This document shows positions 18,765-29,771 of a stretch of 47,443 bases of DNA, piece after piece. Each line of letters starts with the position of its first letter. Position 1 is the stretch's first letter. The notes below the pieces were generated by a model that ran no database searches, was not told the origin of the DNA, and worked only from the letters and a program-made list of their open reading frames with translations. The translations under genes and the position numbers were made by a program. The stretch comes from an uncultured Bacillota bacterium (GTDB taxonomy: Bacteria > Bacillota_I > Bacilli_A > RF39 > UBA660): contig CAMUYN010000005.1 of the NCBI GenBank assembly GCA_947165005.1, forward strand, positions 1-47,443, in the 5' to 3' direction.

Positions 18765-19304
18765 TTACTTTCTAAAAGGAATTCCGATTTCATTTAATAA
18801 ATCAAACGCTTCATCATTAGATTTTGCTGTTGTAACAAAAACTATATCCATTCCACGAGTTTTAACAATGTTATCGTATTCTATTTCTGCAAATATCATT
18901 TGTTCTTTTATACCTAAAGTATAATTTCCTCTACCATCAAATGCTTTTGTAGATACTCCTCTAAAGTCTCTAACACTTGGTAATGCTATTCTTATTAATT
19001 TATCTAAGAATGTCCACATTTTTTCACCACGTAATGTAACTTTACATCCGATTGCTTGTCCTTGTCTTAAATGGAAACCTGCAATAGACTTTTTAGCTTT
19101 AGTTATAACTGGTTTAGATCCAGTAATAGCTTGTAGTTCATTAACTGCAGCATCTAGATATTTTTCATTTTCAGTTGCATCACCAACACCAATATTAATA
19201 ACTATTTTTTCTAATTTTGGTGCTTGCATAACTGATGTATATCCATATTTTTCTACTAATTTAGGAATTACTTCCTTTTTATATTTTTCACTTAGGCTGT
19301 TCAT
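18765..19304 (-). CDS. rplE: 50S ribosomal protein L5
   Basis: [23 protein letters not shown]; start corrected to MNSL after RBS ggagg. Confidence 0.98.
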   Translation of the reverse strand: MNSLSEKYKKEVIPKLVEKYGYTSVMQAPKLEKIVINIGVGDATENEKYLDAAVNELQAITGSKPVITKAKKSIAGFHLRQGQAIGCKVTLRGEKMWTFLDKLIRIALPSVRDFRGVSTKAFDGRGNYTLGIKEQMIFAEIEYDNIVKTRGMDIVFVTTAKSNDEAFDLLNEIGIPFRK

Positions 19305-19321
19305 AGGTTTTCCTCCTTCCA

Positions 19322-19633
19322 CTACTTAAGTATTTCTTTTGATTTTACTGAAATTCTTGTTTTATTTCCTTTTTCATCGATTTTTTTAGCTATTCTAGTT
19401 CTCTTCTTAGTCTTTGGATCTATAATCATAACATTTGAAGCATGAATTGGAGCTTCAACTTTAATTATTCCTCCATTTTCATTATTAGCATTAGGTTTAA
19501 CATGTTTAGTTACCATATTAGCACCTTCTACTATTACTTTATTTTCTTTTCTTAATGTTTTAATTATTTTTCCTTCAGTACCTTTGGATTTACCAGAAAT
19601 AACTACTACTTTATCTCCAACTTTTAAGTTCAT
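19322..19633 (-). CDS. rplX: 50S ribosomal protein L24
   Basis: KOW motif [19 protein letters not shown]. Confidence 0.98.
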   Translation of the reverse strand: MNLKVGDKVVVISGKSKGTEGKIIKTLRKENKVIVEGANMVTKHVKPNANNENGGIIKVEAPIHASNVMIIDPKTKKRTRIAKKIDEKGNKTRISVKSKEILK

Positions 19634-19651
19634 AAATCCTCCTTATTTATC

Positions 19652-20017
19652 CTATAACACTTCTTTAGCTAGTGATACGATCTTCATATAATCATTATCA
19701 CGAAGCTCACGTGCAACAGGACCAAGTACACGTGTACCTACTGGACTCTTATCATCGTTAATTATAACGCATGCATTATCATCGAATCTGATATAACTTC
19801 CGTCAGGTCTTCTAACAGGTTTAACAGTTCGTGCGATAACAGCTTTAACAACTTTACCAGCTTTAATAGTACCGTTTGGTGTAGCCTTCTTAACTGTACA
19901 TACTACTACGTCACCAAGACTACCAACTCTTTTATTTCCACCAAGAACTCTAATAACTAAAACTTCTTTAGCACCAGAGTTATCTGCTACTTTTAAGCGA
20001 CTTTCTTGTTGAATCAT
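19652..20017 (-). CDS. rplN: 50S ribosomal protein L14
   Basis: [23 protein letters not shown]. Confidence 0.98.
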   Translation of the reverse strand: MIQQESRLKVADNSGAKEVLVIRVLGGNKRVGSLGDVVVCTVKKATPNGTIKAGKVVKAVIARTVKPVRRPDGSYIRFDDNACVIINDDKSPVGTRVLGPVARELRDNDYMKIVSLAKEVL

Positions 20018-20044
20018 ATTAATCCTCCTTCTTCTTTATAGAGA

Positions 20045-20302
20045 TTATAAGATTATTGCTTCTTCAACAATCTCAACTAAGTTATATCTTTTTGTTTTAG
20101 ATATAGGTTTTGTCTCTACTATACGTACTTTATCTCCAACTTTAGCTTTATTTTCTTCATCATGAGCTCTATATTTCTTTGAAGATTTTATACGTTTTCC
20201 ATATAATGGGCTTTTCTTATAAGTTTCTACAGTAACAGTTATAGTCTTATCATTAGCAGCACTAGTAACTGTACCAATAATTTCTTTATGTTTATGTTCC
20301 AT
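20045..20302 (-). CDS. rpsQ: 30S ribosomal protein S17
   Basis: [17 protein letters not shown]. Confidence 0.98.
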   Translation of the reverse strand: MEHKHKEIIGTVTSAANDKTITVTVETYKKSPLYGKRIKSSKKYRAHDEENKAKVGDKVRIVETKPISKTKRYNLVEIVEEAIIL

Positions 20303-20304
20303 AA

Positions 20305-20505
20305 TTAAGCCTCCTTATTATTTTCACGCTCAGAAATAATCATTTTAATTCTAGCGATTGTCTTTCTATCTTCTTTAATTTTTGAAGGTTTTTCTAAATT
20401 TCCAACAGCACTTTGGAATCTAAGATTATAAAGTTCTGTTCTTAATTCATCTTCCTTTTTAAGTAACTCTTCAGTGGTTAATTCTCTTAATTCTTTAGCC
20501 TTCAT
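20305..20505 (-). CDS. rpmC: 50S ribosomal protein L29
   Basis: [22 protein letters not shown]. Confidence 0.97.
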   Translation of the reverse strand: MKAKELRELTTEELLKKEDELRTELYNLRFQSAVGNLEKPSKIKEDRKTIARIKMIISERENNKEA

Positions 20506-20926
20506 TTACTTCACCACTTTCTTTTTTAACGAATTTACATTTAACAGGTAATTTATGTGAAGCAAGTCTTAATGCTTCTCTTGCAGTAGCTTCATCTATT
20601 TCTGCTACTTCAAACATAATTTTACCTTCTTTAACGCATGCAACCCATAATTCTGGTTCACCTTTACCAGTACCCATACGAGTTTCAGCAGCATGTCTTG
20701 TTAATGAGAAATGAGGGAATATATTAGTATAAACTTTTCCTCCTCTTTTCATGTAACGAGTCATAGCTACTCTTGCAGCTTCTATTTGTTGTTGAGTAAT
20801 CCATGCGCCTTCTTTAGCTTGTAAACCAAAATCACCATAATGTAATACTAAATTTCCTTTAGCTTTACCATCATGATAAACTCTATGGTTTTTTCTATGC
20901 TTCACTCTTTTTGGAATTAGACCCAT
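20495..20926 (-). CDS. rplP: 50S ribosomal protein L16
   Basis: [22 protein letters not shown]; start corrected to MGLIPKR after ggaggt. Confidence 0.97.
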   Translation of the reverse strand: MGLIPKRVKHRKNHRVYHDGKAKGNLVLHYGDFGLQAKEGAWITQQQIEAARVAMTRYMKRGGKVYTNIFPHFSLTRHAAETRMGTGKGEPELWVACVKEGKIMFEVAEIDEATAREALRLASHKLPVKCKFVKKESGEVNEG

Positions 20927-21581
20927 GTTCATTACCTCCTTTTTTATTTTTCTTTGGAAGTACTTCACCCTTATAAATCCAAACTTTTACACCAATTTTA
21001 CCAAATGTTGTATCAGCTTCTGCAGTAGCATAATCTATGTCTGCACGAAGAGTATGTAATGGTGTAGTTCCTTCATTATAACCTTCGCTTCTAGCAATAT
21101 CAGCACCATTTAATCTTCCAGATACAGATGTCTTAATACCTTTAGCACCAGCTTTCATAGTATTACGAATAGCTCTCTTTTGTGCCATTTTATAAGATCC
21201 TCTGTTTTCAATTTGTTTTGCAATATTTTCAGCAACTAATTTAGCAACTAAATCAGGATTTTTAACTTCAAATATTGAAACAATTATATTTTCATTTGTT
21301 AATTTACTTAATTCATTTTTTAATTTTTCTATTTCTTCACCGCCATGTCCGATTACTACACCAGGCTTAGCAGTATAAATAACAACTTCAGTCTTTTTAT
21401 TATTTCTATTAATGTTAATTGAACTAACAGCTGCATCATTTAATTTCTTATTTAAATAGTTTCTAATTTCGTTATCAACTTTTAAATATTTAGCAAAATC
21501 TTTATTATTAGCATACCATTTACTAGCCCAATCTTTATTAATACCAATTCTCATTCCGACTGGATTAACTTTTTGTCCCAT
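20895..21581 (-). CDS. rpsC: 30S ribosomal protein S3
   Basis: [26 protein letters not shown]. Confidence 0.98.
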   Translation of the reverse strand: MGQKVNPVGMRIGINKDWASKWYANNKDFAKYLKVDNEIRNYLNKKLNDAAVSSININRNNKKTEVVIYTAKPGVVIGHGGEEIEKLKNELSKLTNENIIVSIFEVKNPDLVAKLVAENIAKQIENRGSYKMAQKRAIRNTMKAGAKGIKTSVSGRLNGADIARSEGYNEGTTPLHTLRADIDYATAEADTTFGKIGVKVWIYKGEVLPKKNKKGGNEHGSNSKKSEA

Positions 21582-21598
21582 AATAAATTAACCTCCTT

Positions 21599-21934
21599 CT
21601 AATTTTTCTCAGCTACCACAATTGTGATATGACTTGTTTTCTTGTCATGTCTATCAATATGTGATCTAGATCCAAATCTATGTCTTTTAAGAATTGGACC
21701 ATCATTTATAACTGCAGATTTAACAAATAAATTATTTTTATCTAACTTTAAGTTATTTTCAGCATTTGCTGTAGCAGATATTAATACTTTATTTATTAAA
21801 CGAGCAGATTTTTTATTCATATTATTTAATATATCACTAGCTTCAGCTATACTCTTACCTTGAATAATTCTAGTAACTAATCTAGCTTTTCTTGGTACAA
21901 GTAAAACTGTTCTAGCAGTTGCTCTTGCTTCCAT
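21599..21934 (-). CDS. rplV: 50S ribosomal protein L22
   Basis: PRKARLV, SATANAENN, TSHITI. Confidence 0.97.
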   Translation of the reverse strand: MEARATARTVLLVPRKARLVTRIIQGKSIAEASDILNNMNKKSARLINKVLISATANAENNLKLDKNNLFVKSAVINDGPILKRHRFGSRSHIDRHDKKTSHITIVVAEKN

Positions 21935-21965
21935 TAATATTCTCCTTCCCTAAAGTCAAATTCAA

Positions 21966-22232
21966 CTATTCGTCCTTTTTACCATGTCCAGTGAATTTTC
22001 TTGTTGGAGCAAATTCACCAAGCTTATGGCCTACCATATCTTCTGTAACATATACTGGTATAAATTCTTTACCATTATGTACAGCAAAAGTATGTCCTAT
22101 AAATTCAGGAAAAATTGTTGAACGACGTGACCATGTCTTAACGACTTCTTTTTTTCCATTTTTATTCATTTCAATAACCTTATTCATTAATCTATCAAAT
22201 ACATAAGGTCCTTTTTTCAAACTTCTTGCCAT
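21966..22232 (-). CDS. rpsS: 30S ribosomal protein S19
   Basis: [25 protein letters not shown]. Confidence 0.98.
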   Translation of the reverse strand: MARSLKKGPYVFDRLMNKVIEMNKNGKKEVVKTWSRRSTIFPEFIGHTFAVHNGKEFIPVYVTEDMVGHKLGEFAPTRKFTGHGKKDE

Positions 22233-22250
22233 TTATATTTTTCCTTTCCT

Positions 22251-23078
22251 TTATTTACGACGAGTAACTATTAATTTAGTTGAACTCTTTTTAGTTTTAC
22301 GAGTTTTATAACCAAGTGCTGGTTTACCCCATGGAGTCATTGGTTTCTTATGACCAATTGGAGCTCTACCTTCACCACCACCATGTGGGTGATCGTTAGG
22401 GTTCATAACAGATCCTCTAACAGTAGGTCTAATACCCATATGTCTAGTTCTACCAGCTTTACCTAGTCTTACTAATGAATAATCTTCATTACCAACTTCT
22501 CCGATAACTGCCATACAAGTTCCAAGAACTTTTCTTGTTTCTCCACTAGATAATCTTAATAATACATATCTATCTTCTCTACCAAGAATTTGGGCACTTT
22601 GTCCTGCTGATCTAGCAAGTTGTGCACCTTTTCCTAAAGTTAATTCAATATTATGTACTACAGTTCCTACTGGAATGTTTTTAAGCATCATAGCGTTACC
22701 TACTTTAATATCGCAGGCTTCACCAGAAACTATCTTCATTCCTACTTCTAATCCTTTTGGTGCGATAATATATCTTTTTTCACCATCAGCATAATTAATT
22801 AATGCAATATTTGCACTTCTATTTGGATCGTATTCAATAGTAGCTACTGTACCAACTATATCATATTTGTTTCTTCTAAAATCAATAACTCTGTATTTTC
22901 TTTTAGCTCCACCACCATGATGTCTTACAGTAATCTTTCCCGAATTATTACGTCCAGCTGTTTTTGTTTTAATCTTTAGTAAACTTTTTTCTGGAGCTGT
23001 TTTAGTTAGCTCAGTATTTACTAATGTACTTTTCTTTCTTTGTCCGTTAGTCATTGGACGAAAATGTTTAATAGCCAT
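22251..23078 (-). CDS. rplB: 50S ribosomal protein L2
   Basis: [21 protein letters not shown]. Confidence 0.99.
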   Translation of the reverse strand: MAIKHFRPMTNGQRKKSTLVNTELTKTAPEKSLLKIKTKTAGRNNSGKITVRHHGGGAKRKYRVIDFRRNKYDIVGTVATIEYDPNRSANIALINYADGEKRYIIAPKGLEVGMKIVSGEACDIKVGNAMMLKNIPVGTVVHNIELTLGKGAQLARSAGQSAQILGREDRYVLLRLSSGETRKVLGTCMAVIGEVGNEDYSLVRLGKAGRTRHMGIRPTVRGSVMNPNDHPHGGGEGRAPIGHKKPMTPWGKPALGYKTRKTKKSSTKLIVTRRK

Positions 23079-23091
23079 CCTAAAACCTCCC

Positions 23092-23370
23092 TTATAATTC
23101 TATTTTGCTTCCTTCTGCTAAAGTTATAATTGCTTTCTTATATGCAGAAGTAGCTCCTGTATAACGACCTACTCTTTTCTTTTTAGGTCTTACATTTAAT
23201 GTATTTACTTTTGTTACTTTAACGTTGTAGATTTTTTCTACAGCTTGTTTAATTTGTGTTTTATTAGCATCCTTATTAACTTTGAAAACTATTCTTGTGC
23301 CATCAGCCATAAGATTAGTAGTTTTTTCAGTAGCAATAGGAGCTAAAATAACGTCTCTATAATCTTTCAT
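23092..23370 (-). CDS. rplW: 50S ribosomal protein L23
   Basis: [20 protein letters not shown]. Confidence 0.97.
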   Translation of the reverse strand: MKDYRDVILAPIATEKTTNLMADGTRIVFKVNKDANKTQIKQAVEKIYNVKVTKVNTLNVRPKKKRVGRYTGATSAYKKAIITLAEGSKIEL

Positions 23371-23996
23371 TATTTAAGTTCCTCCTCAAGCATTTTAACT
23401 GCTTCTTCAGTCATAACTATAGTTTTATAGTTAAGAACATCGTAAGTGTTGATTTCATGAGATTCTATTACTTTAATATCACTTAAGTTTCTAGAAGATA
23501 AGATTAATTCATCAGTTAATTCACTAACAACTACTAAAGCTTTACCAGTTATTTTTAAAGTATCTAATAATTTAATAAAATCTTTAGTACTTGCTTTCTT
23601 CATTTCTAATTTTTCTAAAACCACAATTGATTTTGTACTTAATTTATAACTTAATGCAGATTTTAAAGCTAATCTACTTTCTTTTCTATTTTGTTTCTTT
23701 TCATAGTTTCTATTAGTGTTTGGACCAAATACTACACCACCATGATACCAATGAGGTGCTCTAATAGAACCTTGTCTAGCTCTACCAGTTCCTTTTTGTC
23801 TCCATGGTTTAATTCCTCCACCACTAACTTCACTTCTGTCTTTAACAGCATGTGTACCTTGTCTTAATGATGCACCTTTTCTTCTAATTGCATCATATAC
23901 AGTTTGTTCATTTGGTTCAATACCAAAAATTTCGTCATTTAGTTTTATTTCATTAACTTTTTCACCTTTTAAATTTAAAAGTGTTACTTTAGCCAT
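23370..23996 (-). CDS. rplD: 50S ribosomal protein L4
   Basis: KPWRQKGTGRARQGS, GGVVFGP. Confidence 0.98.
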   Translation of the reverse strand: MAKVTLLNLKGEKVNEIKLNDEIFGIEPNEQTVYDAIRRKGASLRQGTHAVKDRSEVSGGGIKPWRQKGTGRARQGSIRAPHWYHGGVVFGPNTNRNYEKKQNRKESRLALKSALSYKLSTKSIVVLEKLEMKKASTKDFIKLLDTLKITGKALVVVSELTDELILSSRNLSDIKVIESHEINTYDVLNYKTIVMTEEAVKMLEEELK

Positions 23997-24044
23997 ATTA
24001 AATTCCTCCTTTCACCTAAAAATCTTGTCAATTATTATTAATAA

Positions 24045-24887
24045 TTATTCAGCAGATTCAGATGATTCTTCAGTAGTTTCTTCTGCAGGTGCAGCTTCAC
24101 TAGCTGGAGCTTCTTCAGCTTTAACTTCTTCAGTAACTTCTGGAGCAGCTTCTTCAACTGGTGCTTCAGCAGCAGTTTCAGTTACTTCTTCAGTAGCTTC
24201 TACTGGAGTTTCTTCTACTTCAACATAAGTAATTAGTTCGTCTTGAGCGTTAACTTTTCCTTCATGTTTAATAGCAGATTTAATAATAACTAATGACTTC
24301 TTTGGACCTGGAACATTACCTTTAACTAAGATAATATTATTTTCTAAATCAATTTCTACTACTTCAAGATTTTGAACAGTAACTAATTTATGTCCCATAT
24401 GTCCAGGTAATTTCTTACCTTTTAATACGTGCATTGGTAATAATGTACCAAGTGATCCAACACCTCTATGGTATTGTGATCCATGACCCATAGGGCCTCT
24501 ACTTTGACCAAAACGTTTAATAACACCTTGGAAACCTTTACCTTTACTTACACCAGAAACATCTACCATTTCTCCAACAGTAAAGATATCAGCTTTAATT
24601 TCTTGTCCTAATGTATAAGCGCTAACATCAACATTTCTGATTTCTTTTAAGAAGCGCTTAGGTGTTACATTAGCTTTCTTTAGATGACTTGTTTCAGGTT
24701 TGTTGCTTAATTTTTCTCTTTTATCAAAAGCAGCAAGTTGAATAGCATTGTATCCGTCAGTTTCTACAGTTTTTATTTGTGAAACATAGTTTGGTTCAAC
24801 AGCAATAACTGTAACTGGAGTTAACTTACCATTTTTAGCAAAAACTTGAGTCATCCCGATCTTACGACCTAAGATTCCTTTTTTCAT
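24045..24887 (-). CDS. rplC: 50S ribosomal protein L3 with 73-aa C-terminal extension
   Basis: [27 protein letters not shown]; canonical end KSAIK at residue 207 of 280. Confidence 0.98.
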   Translation of the reverse strand: MKKGILGRKIGMTQVFAKNGKLTPVTVIAVEPNYVSQIKTVETDGYNAIQLAAFDKREKLSNKPETSHLKKANVTPKRFLKEIRNVDVSAYTLGQEIKADIFTVGEMVDVSGVSKGKGFQGVIKRFGQSRGPMGHGSQYHRGVGSLGTLLPMHVLKGKKLPGHMGHKLVTVQNLEVVEIDLENNIILVKGNVPGPKKSLVIIKSAIKHEGKVNAQDELITYVEVEETPVEATEEVTETAAEAPVEEAAPEVTEEVKAEEAPASEAAPAEETTEESSESAE

Positions 24888-24898
24888 ATTTCCTCCTA

Positions 24899-25201
24899 CT
24901 ATTTAATATTTATTTCAACACCACTAGGTAAATCCAAACGAGTTAATGCCTCGATTGTGTCTTTACTTGGGTTATTGATAACAATTAATCTTTTGTGTGT
25001 TCTCATTTCAAATTGTTCACGAGAATCTTTATATTTGTGAACTGCTCTTAGAATAGTGATTTTTTCAATCTTAGTTGGTAGTGGAATTGGTCCACTTACT
25101 TCTCCGCCTGTTCTTTTAACAGTTTCAACAATCTTACTTGCAGCTTGATCTATTGTTCTGTGATCATAAGCTTTTAAGTTAATTTGGATTTTGTTTGCCA
25201 T
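24899..25201 (-). CDS. rpsJ: 30S ribosomal protein S10
   Basis: [30 protein letters not shown]; start at ATG 7 nt after ggagg (25204 also possible). Confidence 0.98.
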   Translation of the reverse strand: MANKIQINLKAYDHRTIDQAASKIVETVKRTGGEVSGPIPLPTKIEKITILRAVHKYKDSREQFEMRTHKRLIVINNPSKDTIEALTRLDLPSGVEINIK

Positions 25202-25214
25202 CATTAATCCTCCC

Positions 25215-25340
25215 TTCGCATATATCTTTGTATACACTTGCTCCATGCAAAAACCTGAAATTTGGCCGTTTTGCTTTGATTTTAATTAGCAACTTAACCT
25301 TGTGTATCAGCAACCTTGCATATCTTAGCCAGTCACACAT
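25215..25340 (-). promoter_or_regulatory. S10 operon 5' leader
   Basis: ~130-nt untranslated stretch, GC-richer than other spacers; aaggttgctgatacac...ggag recalls Bacilli rpsJ leaders (from memory, not aligned). Confidence 0.5.
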
Positions 25341-25345
25341 AATCC

Positions 25346-25374
25346 ATTTTATCACTATTTATAAGCAAAATCAA
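25346..25374 (-). promoter_or_regulatory. S10 operon sigma-A promoter
   Basis: TTGATT-17 nt-TAAAAT with extended -10 TG. Confidence 0.75.
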
Positions 25375-25411
25375 CACTTTTTTTACACTTTTTTTCAATA
25401 AAAAAAGACAT

Positions 25412-26512
25412 TTAAAATAACTTTTTAAATATCTTTTCGTGTTTCCTTATTACTATATCCCAAGTATAGTCATTATTAATTATTTCTTTTGCTTTATTAC
25501 CATATTCATTAAATTCTTTACTTCTGAATTTTTCTACTTTTTCTAATTGTTCGTTTAAAGAACCTATATCATAAGTAAAGTATAGTGCCGCATCTTGAGC
25601 AACTTCTCTATTATAATCAGATTCTAGTACTATACTAATATCTGTAATACTTAATGATTCAAGTAAAGAATAATTAGTTTCATTTACAGAATTACATTGT
25701 ATATATCCTTTTGAATATTTTCTTATTTTTCTAAGGATATCATTATCATATATATTTCCTACAAACTTAATATGTTTATTAGATTTGAAATCTGTAACTT
25801 TTAATAATTGTTTATAGTATTTCTTTCTTTCACTATAATTAGATACTATTACTAAATCCTTATCTATTTTAGAATTAATAAATTCATTAATTATATATTC
25901 AAAACCATTTTGTTTAACAAAGCTTCCTACCATTAAATAGTATTCTCTTGGTTTAATATCATATCTTTCCATTAGATTAACAGTAGTCTTATCTATTTCT
26001 TTTACATCTTCAGTAGATGCACCATACGAAATATAAGTTACTTTATCTGTTAATTCACTTAAATATTTTTCATTAACTTTAGAAGCACATACTACATGGT
26101 CTGATGTCTTTATAGACATCTTTAATAAGAATGTATTAAATGCATTATATTTAATTCTACCTGGATTTAATATAACTTTTACATTACTAGGTCTTTTCCT
26201 TAATAATAGATTAAATAATAATCCTTTTTTGTATCCTAGTACATATATAATACTATCTTTATTATCTTTTACTTCCTTATATACATAATGTAAACATCTT
26301 AATTTATAAAAGAATCTACCATATATTTTAGGGCATACTACTCCATTACGTATTTCTACATTATTATTTTCTTTAGTAGTACTTTCCTCAAATACATAGA
26401 ATTTAGTGTCATTACTTTCATAATTATTTATAAAATTTGTAACAAACGTCTCAAAATAGCCATATGATTTATCATAACCTTTTGATCCGATAAAAAATAT
26501 ATTTCTCTTCAT
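25412..26512 (-). CDS. DUF1972/GT4 glycosyltransferase, WchF/RgpA-like, divergent
   Basis: FIGSKG....YGYFETFV N-terminus, YISYGA, TNYSLLES, YNREVAQDAALYF, YTW. Confidence 0.75.
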   Translation of the reverse strand: MKRNIFFIGSKGYDKSYGYFETFVTNFINNYESNDTKFYVFEESTTKENNNVEIRNGVVCPKIYGRFFYKLRCLHYVYKEVKDNKDSIIYVLGYKKGLLFNLLLRKRPSNVKVILNPGRIKYNAFNTFLLKMSIKTSDHVVCASKVNEKYLSELTDKVTYISYGASTEDVKEIDKTTVNLMERYDIKPREYYLMVGSFVKQNGFEYIINEFINSKIDKDLVIVSNYSERKKYYKQLLKVTDFKSNKHIKFVGNIYDNDILRKIRKYSKGYIQCNSVNETNYSLLESLSITDISIVLESDYNREVAQDAALYFTYDIGSLNEQLEKVEKFRSKEFNEYGNKAKEIINNDYTWDIVIRKHEKIFKKLF

Positions 26513-26534
26513 AAAAATTCACTTACATAATAAT

Positions 26535-27014
26535 CTAGCACATATTTATGAAATCTTCAACGATTTTTATAATCTTGCTGTTATTAGGAATATATTTTTT
26601 TGGTTTAAATTTCTTTGATTCCTTATAAGCTCCCTCTAATTCTTTTACATCATTTATACCTATTATATATCCATTATTAGAAAAACTTTCTACTATATCT
26701 TTTTGATGGTTATTAACATGTTCTTCATATTCTTTTAATCTAGGTACTGCTATTACTACCTTATCCTTTTTTATAGAAGAAATGATTGATCCTACTCCAC
26801 CATGTGTAATAATTAAGTTAGCTTCATCTTGATATTTTTCTAATTCTTCTTTATCTATGAAATCAAATATTTCTAAATTATCTGATTTATACTCTGTATA
26901 ACCTGCTTGAACTATTATCTTTTCTTTAATTATATCTTTACTCTTTAATCTATCTAATTCTTTTAGTAATCTTTTAAAAGAATTATTTTGTGTCCCTAGC
27001 ATTACTAATATCAT
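26535..27014 (-). CDS. PssE/Cps14G-like glycosyltransferase subunit (Alg13-like, GT28 C-terminal)
   Basis: MILVMLGTQ..SFKRL, ITHGGVGSI, VPRL..Y.EHVNNHQ. Confidence 0.9.
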   Translation of the reverse strand: MILVMLGTQNNSFKRLLKELDRLKSKDIIKEKIIVQAGYTEYKSDNLEIFDFIDKEELEKYQDEANLIITHGGVGSIISSIKKDKVVIAVPRLKEYEEHVNNHQKDIVESFSNNGYIIGINDVKELEGAYKESKKFKPKKYIPNNSKIIKIVEDFINMC

Positions 27015-28630
27015 TAGAAAATCGACCCCCCATCTACAGCATTAGGATAATACTTTTTCATTTCTTCCCATTGTACTATAAACATATCAGCAATTGGATA
27101 TGTCATTCTTCCGGATAATGAAGGTTTTGTTCTATTAGCAAAGGTTTCTATAAATATTACTTTACTTCCAAATAAATGGCCTAAATAACACATTGGAACT
27201 GCTGTATGAGTACCTGTTGTTATTATTACTTGTGGTCTATATTTAATATAATAAAATATTGTTTTTATAATTATCCATGTAAATATAAATAAATATGGTA
27301 ATAATTTAGCACGAGTTCCATATGGTAAATAACTTAATCTATTTCCATATTTATTTCTTAAATTCTTATTAGTTTTATCCTTTTCTACAATTATATGATA
27401 ATCATACTTTTTAAATAAAGGTTCTAATTGTAACAATTCATTAAAGTGTCCTCCAGTACTGGATATAAACAATACTCTCTTATCTTTATCTTTTATTTGC
27501 TTATCTTCATTACTATTAAGCATAAATAATAATGCTGGATAAATAGATACACACGTAGATATAAATACATGGCCAGAAAATAGTGATATGCAAATAAATA
27601 AAATCATACTAAATAAATATATATTCTTTAATTTATTTTTATATAATAATTTAATAAATAGAACTATATAGAAAATAAATCCAAGTATTCCTACTCTAAA
27701 TAATATATCAAATATATCCATCTCTACTAATTTAACATCAATTAATAATGTAGAACCTAGTCCAAATAATATTGTTAATAAAGGAGATTTTATAAATATA
27801 CTAAATAAATTACCTAAAAACTCTAATCTACTACTAAATATTACTTTATTTATAAAATAATAATCAAATTTATATGCTTTAAAAAAATTAATATTTTTCA
27901 TTATTCTAGTAAAAGCATAGCTATTTACAAAGATATACCCAACTAATGGTACTAATAAAACTAAAACTATTAAACCAATTATTTTCTTTTTCTTAGATAT
28001 TTTCTTATAATTTTTTCTTATATATTTAATAACGAAGTATAATACAACTAAAATAAATCCAAAAAATGATGTTTTAGTACCTAGTATTAATATAGAACTA
28101 GTTAATAATACAATAATTATTAAGCCAAATCCATAATTTTTTTTCTTTATTAGATAATTTAAAACTACAGGTAATAATCCAATTAATATAGAACTAACAT
28201 CATTAATACTATTAAAAATAATATGACCAAATATTATTCTTGGAATAGTTATTAATAATAAATATATGAGATAAATATATGTTATTAATCTATCATTGAT
28301 TAGATTATTTTTATAGTTAGTGAAAAAATAACCTAAAATAATGTAATAGAAAACAATACTTAATCCATATGCTTCTTGAATTAAAGAATTTCCTTTAAAA
28401 ACAATATGCCCTATATTTAATAAAACATAAAGAATAAAGAATATGATGAATTTTCTTTCATTCTTAACCTTAAATAGATATAAGAAAGAAGTAATCATTA
28501 TAATACTTCTAAAAATAATAGAAAGCGTTAAAAAAGAAGAATTATTATTAATTTGAAAATAAGTAATAATGTCAATTATTGGTTGACATATTAATAGTAT
28601 TAAAACTAATTTATCAAATATTTTTTTCAT
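27014..28630 (-). CDS. O-antigen ligase/Wzy-like membrane domain fused to PssD/Cps14F-like (Alg14-like) domain
   Basis: ~11-12 TMs with LGTK, FSSR, EMDIFDI..R.GILG, SGHV; C-terminal SSTGGH..EL, IITTG, IETFA...PSLSG, FIVQWE. Start corrected to MKKIF after ggagg-like RBS. Confidence 0.8.
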   Translation of the reverse strand: MKKIFDKLVLILLICQPIIDIITYFQINNNSSFLTLSIIFRSIIMITSFLYLFKVKNERKFIIFFILYVLLNIGHIVFKGNSLIQEAYGLSIVFYYIILGYFFTNYKNNLINDRLITYIYLIYLLLITIPRIIFGHIIFNSINDVSSILIGLLPVVLNYLIKKKNYGFGLIIIVLLTSSILILGTKTSFFGFILVVLYFVIKYIRKNYKKISKKKKIIGLIVLVLLVPLVGYIFVNSYAFTRIMKNINFFKAYKFDYYFINKVIFSSRLEFLGNLFSIFIKSPLLTILFGLGSTLLIDVKLVEMDIFDILFRVGILGFIFYIVLFIKLLYKNKLKNIYLFSMILFICISLFSGHVFISTCVSIYPALLFMLNSNEDKQIKDKDKRVLFISSTGGHFNELLQLEPLFKKYDYHIIVEKDKTNKNLRNKYGNRLSYLPYGTRAKLLPYLFIFTWIIIKTIFYYIKYRPQVIITTGTHTAVPMCYLGHLFGSKVIFIETFANRTKPSLSGRMTYPIADMFIVQWEEMKKYYPNAVDGGSIF

Positions 28631-28638
28631 AATTCCTC

Positions 28639-29763
28639 CTATTTTAATATATCTATCCATTTTTCAAACACAATATTTGGATCATATTCATTTGAATCTA
28701 TTTTTGCTTCTTGTCCTAATTTAACTCTTAAATCATAGTTATCTATTAACTCATTTACTCTTTCTATATATTCATCCTTATTTCTATCATCAACTAAATA
28801 ACCATTCTTATTATTTCTTATTATTTCTCTTGCTCCTTCAGCTTGAGAAAATGCAATCATTGGTAAACCAAAATTCATTGCTTCTATTAAAACAATACCA
28901 AAACTTTCAGTATAAGATGTCATTAAATATATAGATGAGTTTAATAATAGATTATTAATATAATCTTTATCTCTAAAACCATGTAATGTTATATTTTTAG
29001 ATAAATCATTTTCTTTAATGTATTTTTCTAAATTTTCTCTCTCAACACCATCACCTACTATATCTAAAGACCAATCACTATGATTCTTAAAAATCTCTTT
29101 AGACATTTCTAATAAATCCATGTAACCTTTTTCTTTAGATAATCTACCTACTGATATTAATTTCTTTTCTTTTAACTTAGAAACCTTATCAGAGATAAAA
29201 TCTAAAGTATTTGGAATATAAATACACTTACAATTAGTTTTCTCTAATTCTAAATAATAGAACTCTTTTAAATTATTAGATACTAATACAAAATAGTCTA
29301 AATTCTTAACACTATTAACTATTTTTCTTGCATATTTCATATTACCATGATAATGATTATGTTCCCAACCAATAGTTAGCTGATTGTTTTTATATTTAGA
29401 TAATAGCTTATTAAACAATAACCTAGTTGATATTATCACATCACTATCAGTATTAGATATATAATCTATCATTGTTTTCTTTCTTAAATTTAATATCTTT
29501 ATACTTTTGAATCCTTCTTTGATAATTTTAATTATATTAAAAGATTTTAAAGCACTTTTAAACTCTTTTTTATTTGGAACTACATTAGTTAAATATTTAA
29601 CTTTAACTTTTTTATTTAACTCAAATGAAGACTCTTCATTTATTTTATATGTACATGCAATTTCAACATCATAATAATTGCATAGATAATTTGCAAGAGA
29701 TACAATCGCTCTTTCTATTCCACCAAAATTCAAATGAAGTGATAGTATTGATATTTTCTTCAT
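28639..29763 (-). CDS. GT4 family glycosyltransferase
   Basis: GGIER, WEH, SVGRLSKEKG, ESFGIVLIEAM. Confidence 0.92.
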   Translation of the reverse strand: MKKISILSLHLNFGGIERAIVSLANYLCNYYDVEIACTYKINEESSFELNKKVKVKYLTNVVPNKKEFKSALKSFNIIKIIKEGFKSIKILNLRKKTMIDYISNTDSDVIISTRLLFNKLLSKYKNNQLTIGWEHNHYHGNMKYARKIVNSVKNLDYFVLVSNNLKEFYYLELEKTNCKCIYIPNTLDFISDKVSKLKEKKLISVGRLSKEKGYMDLLEMSKEIFKNHSDWSLDIVGDGVERENLEKYIKENDLSKNITLHGFRDKDYINNLLLNSSIYLMTSYTESFGIVLIEAMNFGLPMIAFSQAEGAREIIRNNKNGYLVDDRNKDEYIERVNELIDNYDLRVKLGQEAKIDSNEYDPNIVFEKWIDILK

Positions 29764-29771
29764 ATTAACTC

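Noticed and set aside
20895-20926. 32-nt overlap of rpsC and rplP
   Set aside because: Best explained by a short C-terminal run-on of S3; both proteins are intact.
11178-25201. Alternative genetic code (TGA=Trp or Arg-codon reassignment reported in some uncultured Bacilli)
   Set aside because: Conserved proteins translate full length under code 11, TGA ends 7145..7834, and I saw no Arg at conserved Met/Trp positions. A formal Codetta-type test was not possible.
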